From assembly GCA_023267195.1 (NCBI GenBank), contig JAHFNT010000003.1:77200-121967 (forward strand): a DNA stretch of 44,768 nucleotides. Direction: 5' to 3'. A program made the position numbers and the translations under genes. Below, piece by piece: positions 41,846-44,768 of this stretch. Numbering within the stretch: position 1 is the stretch's first letter; each line of letters starts with the position of its first letter. The DNA is from Candidatus Nomurabacteria bacterium. Its GTDB lineage: Bacteria; Patescibacteriota; Minisyncoccia; Phycocordibacterales; UBA9973. A model generated the notes under the pieces. The model saw only the letters and a program-made list of their open reading frames with translations. It had not been told where the DNA came from and ran no database searches.

Positions 41846-44527
41846 ATGAAAAAAGAACCATTAGAAAAAATTGTGGTTAAGGGGGCTAGGACCCATAACT
41901 TGAAGAATATTAACGTAGAAATGCCACGCAATAAAATGGTGGTTATTACTGGCGTGTCTGGATCGGGAAAATCATCGCTTGCTTTTGATACTATTTTTGC
42001 TGAAGGGCAGAGAAGATATGTGGAATCTCTGTCTTCGTATGCTCGGCAGTTTTTAAACCAAATGCCAAAGCCAGACGTGGATGAGATCACAGGGCTTTCG
42101 CCAGCGATTTCGATTGACCAAAAATCTCGTTCGAATAATCCGCGTTCGACTGTCGCCACGATCACTGAGATTTATGATTATCTGCGGGTGATGTATGCGC
42201 GCATCGGGCATCCACATTGTCCGCAGTGCGGGGAGGAAATTAAAAAACTTTCGAATGAAGAAATTTTAAATTTTATTTTGGAAAAAGTTAAGAATTTTGA
42301 CAAGAAAAATTTCTCCGGATTACTCCAGCCTGTGGCTGGAACCTTCCCTGTTCGAAATTCTTCTTCTAAAAATTCAAAAAAAATACGTAAAGTCATGGGT
42401 GTGGAGTGGGACGAAACAGAAATCAGTATTTTTTCTCCAGTAGTTCGCGGACGTAAAGGGGAATACTATCAACTGCTTTATGATTTACTCGGTAAAGGTT
42501 TTGCTGAGATTCGTCTGGATGGAGTGATGAAGAAATTGCGCGAGCAAATTACTCTTTCCAAAAACAAAGCGCACAACATAGATATTTTGGTAGATCATTT
42601 TGCGGTGCATGAATTTGCAGATGACAAAGAGGGTAGCCGTATGCGTTTAGCGGAGGCGATAGAACGCGCGCTGATAGAGTCGGATAACCTAGTGGCGATC
42701 AAAATCGGCGAGGAGGAATTTATTATGTCCGCTAAATTTGCTTGTAAAAATGATGGATTTTCTTTTCCGGAAGTGGAACCGCGACTTTTCTCTTTCAACT
42801 CTCCGTATGGTGCCTGCCCGGCTTGTAATGGCCTCGGCTCGAAATATTTTATGGGTGATGAACCTTGTGATGTTTGTCATGGAGCGCGGCTTCGCCCTGA
42901 AGCGTTAAATGTTTTTCTGGAAGCTGAAGTTGTCGGCCAAAAAGGAAAAACACAAAAAAGTAAAGTAAATATTTTGGATTTGGCTGAACTTTCGATCAAA
43001 GATGCGCATGATTTTTTCAAAAATCTAAAACTTTCTGAGCAAGAAAAAGAAATTTCCGTGCCAGTCGTGAAAGAGATAGAAGCCCGACTGCAATTTATGC
43101 TCGACGTGGGTTTAGATTATTTACAACTTTCTCGCAAAGCGAACACACTCTCCGGCGGAGAAGCGCAGCGTATTCGCTTGGCTTCTCAGCTCGGCTCACG
43201 GCTCGTCGGCGCGCTCTATGTGCTCGACGAGCCGACGATCGGGCTGCATCAGCGAGATAACGACAGACTGATCAGAACCTTGCAGAATCTTAGAGATTTA
43301 GGCAATACGATTTTGATCGTGGAGCACGACGAAGATACGATTTATGCCTCGGATTATATCGTGGACATCGGGCCGAAGGCTGGAGTGCATGGCGGGCAAG
43401 TAATCGTTTCGGGATATTTGGAAGATTTACTGACGGCGAAAAAAAATACCAGCAATTCTCGCACTCTTTCATATCTGCGGGAAGAAACCAGAATAGAAAT
43501 TCCAGAAAAACGTCGCGAAGCGAAAGGCGTGCTTCGTATTGCTGGCGGAAAAATTTTCAATATTAACAATCTAAACGTCGAAGTGCCTCTCGGCGTCATG
43601 ACTTCGATCACAGGAGTTTCTGGTTCGGGAAAAAGTTCTTTCATGTATGAGATTTTGTATAAAAATCTGCAAGCGCGTTATGAAAGAAAATATCGCACGG
43701 CGCAAGTTTTCAACTGCTCTTCTTTTGCTGGTACCGAGTATCTGTCTCGCGCGATTTTAATCGACCAATCACCGATCGGCCGGACTCCGCGTTCAAATAT
43801 TGTTACTTATACTGGCGCTTTTACGCATATCCGAGATCTTTTTGCGACGACAGAAGAAGCGCGACTACGTGGCTGGAAAGCGAACCGTTTTTCTTTCAAT
43901 GTCAAAGGCGGGCGCTGTGAAGCCTGTGAAGGAAACGGAGAAATAGCAGTGGAAATGCATTTCTTGCCGACTGTTTATGTCACTTGTGATGTGTGCAACG
44001 GTAAAAGATTTGATAAAGAAACTCTCACGGTAAAATACAAAAAGAAAAATATTTACGAAGTGCTACATCTGACCGTAGAAGAAGGTTTGAAGTTTTTTAA
44101 AGATATTCCAGCCATTTCTGACAGGTTGCAAACTTTGCTGGATGTCGGTTTAGGATATTTAGAGCTAGGTCAATCTGCGACGACGCTTTCCGGTGGAGAA
44201 GCGCAACGGGTAAAAATCTCAAGCGAGCTCTACCGCCCTCATTTAGAAAAAACTATTTATCTTTTAGATGAGCCGACTGTGGGGTTGCATTATGATGACG
44301 TGCAGAAACTCTTAGAAGTTTTGAATAAACTTGTTTCTAAAGGCAACACAGTAGTATTGATCGAACACAATCTTGATATTATCAAGAGCTCAGATTACAT
44401 TATAGACATCGGCCCAGAAGGGGGAGTAAATGGCGGAAATATTGTAGCTAAAGGCACACCGGAAGACGTTGCCAACAATGCAAAAAGTTTTACTGGTAAA
44501 TATCTTAAAAAAGTTTTACGTAAATGA
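41846..44527 (+). CDS. uvrA: Excinuclease ABC subunit A
   Basis: GARTHNLKN, two GVSGSGKSS and two LSGGEAQR motifs, zinc fingers; ATG at 41846 preferred over TTG at 41828. Confidence 0.98.
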   Translation: MKKEPLEKIVVKGARTHNLKNINVEMPRNKMVVITGVSGSGKSSLAFDTIFAEGQRRYVESLSSYARQFLNQMPKPDVDEITGLSPAISIDQKSRSNNPRSTVATITEIYDYLRVMYARIGHPHCPQCGEEIKKLSNEEILNFILEKVKNFDKKNFSGLLQPVAGTFPVRNSSSKNSKKIRKVMGVEWDETEISIFSPVVRGRKGEYYQLLYDLLGKGFAEIRLDGVMKKLREQITLSKNKAHNIDILVDHFAVHEFADDKEGSRMRLAEAIERALIESDNLVAIKIGEEEFIMSAKFACKNDGFSFPEVEPRLFSFNSPYGACPACNGLGSKYFMGDEPCDVCHGARLRPEALNVFLEAEVVGQKGKTQKSKVNILDLAELSIKDAHDFFKNLKLSEQEKEISVPVVKEIEARLQFMLDVGLDYLQLSRKANTLSGGEAQRIRLASQLGSRLVGALYVLDEPTIGLHQRDNDRLIRTLQNLRDLGNTILIVEHDEDTIYASDYIVDIGPKAGVHGGQVIVSGYLEDLLTAKKNTSNSRTLSYLREETRIEIPEKRREAKGVLRIAGGKIFNINNLNVEVPLGVMTSITGVSGSGKSSFMYEILYKNLQARYERKYRTAQVFNCSSFAGTEYLSRAILIDQSPIGRTPRSNIVTYTGAFTHIRDLFATTEEARLRGWKANRFSFNVKGGRCEACEGNGEIAVEMHFLPTVYVTCDVCNGKRFDKETLTVKYKKKNIYEVLHLTVEEGLKFFKDIPAISDRLQTLLDVGLGYLELGQSATTLSGGEAQRVKISSELYRPHLEKTIYLLDEPTVGLHYDDVQKLLEVLNKLVSKGNTVVLIEHNLDIIKSSDYIIDIGPEGGVNGGNIVAKGTPEDVANNAKSFTGKYLKKVLRK
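42292..42375. repeat. 84-bp imperfect palindromic element in frame in uvrA
   Basis: gaattttgacaagaaaaatttc / gaaattcttcttctaaaaattc stem with apical tccagcc-tgt-ggctgga. Confidence 0.75.
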
Positions 44528-44768
44528 AGAAAATAAATCTAAAATTACCTGACCAGCCCGGAGTGTATTTTTTTACTAAAGGTAAAGAGACTTTGTATAT
44601 CGGTAAAGCGACGAGTTTGAAAGATCGAGTAAAAAGCTATTTTGGGAAAGACTTGATAGAAACTCGCGGCCCGCTCTTGGTGGATATGGTTTTTAAAGCT
44701 GATAAAATAAAATATGAAGTTACAGATAGTGTTTTGGAAGCGATAATCCTCGAAGCCAATCTGATAAA
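44524..44768 (+). CDS. uvrC: Excinuclease ABC subunit C / GIY-YIG nuclease, truncated by the window edge
   Basis: [17 protein letters not shown]...[17 protein letters not shown]...[11 protein letters not shown]; ATGA overlap with uvrA. Confidence 0.9.
   Translation, partial: MKKINLKLPDQPGVYFFTKGKETLYIGKATSLKDRVKSYFGKDLIETRGPLLVDMVFKADKIKYEVTDSVLEAIILEANLI

Overview
AT-rich bacterial chromosomal window spanning the replication origin. Gene content and protein style point to Patescibacteria/CPR, Parcubacteria-like (inference). Left to right: three hypothetical genes (two share a C-terminal domain); uvrD/pcrA-rsmA; a ~14.5 kb chromosomal T4SS-like cluster (large Cys-module surface protein, VirB6-like, PrgI, VirB4, pilin-M15 peptidase fusion; no relaxase or VirD4 in view); jag-yidC-yidD-rnpA-rpmH <> dnaA-oriC-dnaN-dciA-like; class A PBP, tyrS, an unannotated 44-aa acidic ORF, ruvC, ruvB; a candidate structured ncRNA and a secreted protein; pilB/gspE, polA, a methyltransferase, holA-like, tRNA-Lys, a PG-binding protein, uvrB, uvrA and partial uvrC. 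The strongest unexplained signal is several families of short palindromic or heptameric repeats. They occur between genes and also in frame inside core genes (uvrD, rsmA, ruvC, polA, holA, uvrB, uvrA), and they supply the stop codons of three T4SS genes. Many genes also look leaderless (-10 box 6-8 nt before the start codon). All calls are by eye; no searches were run.
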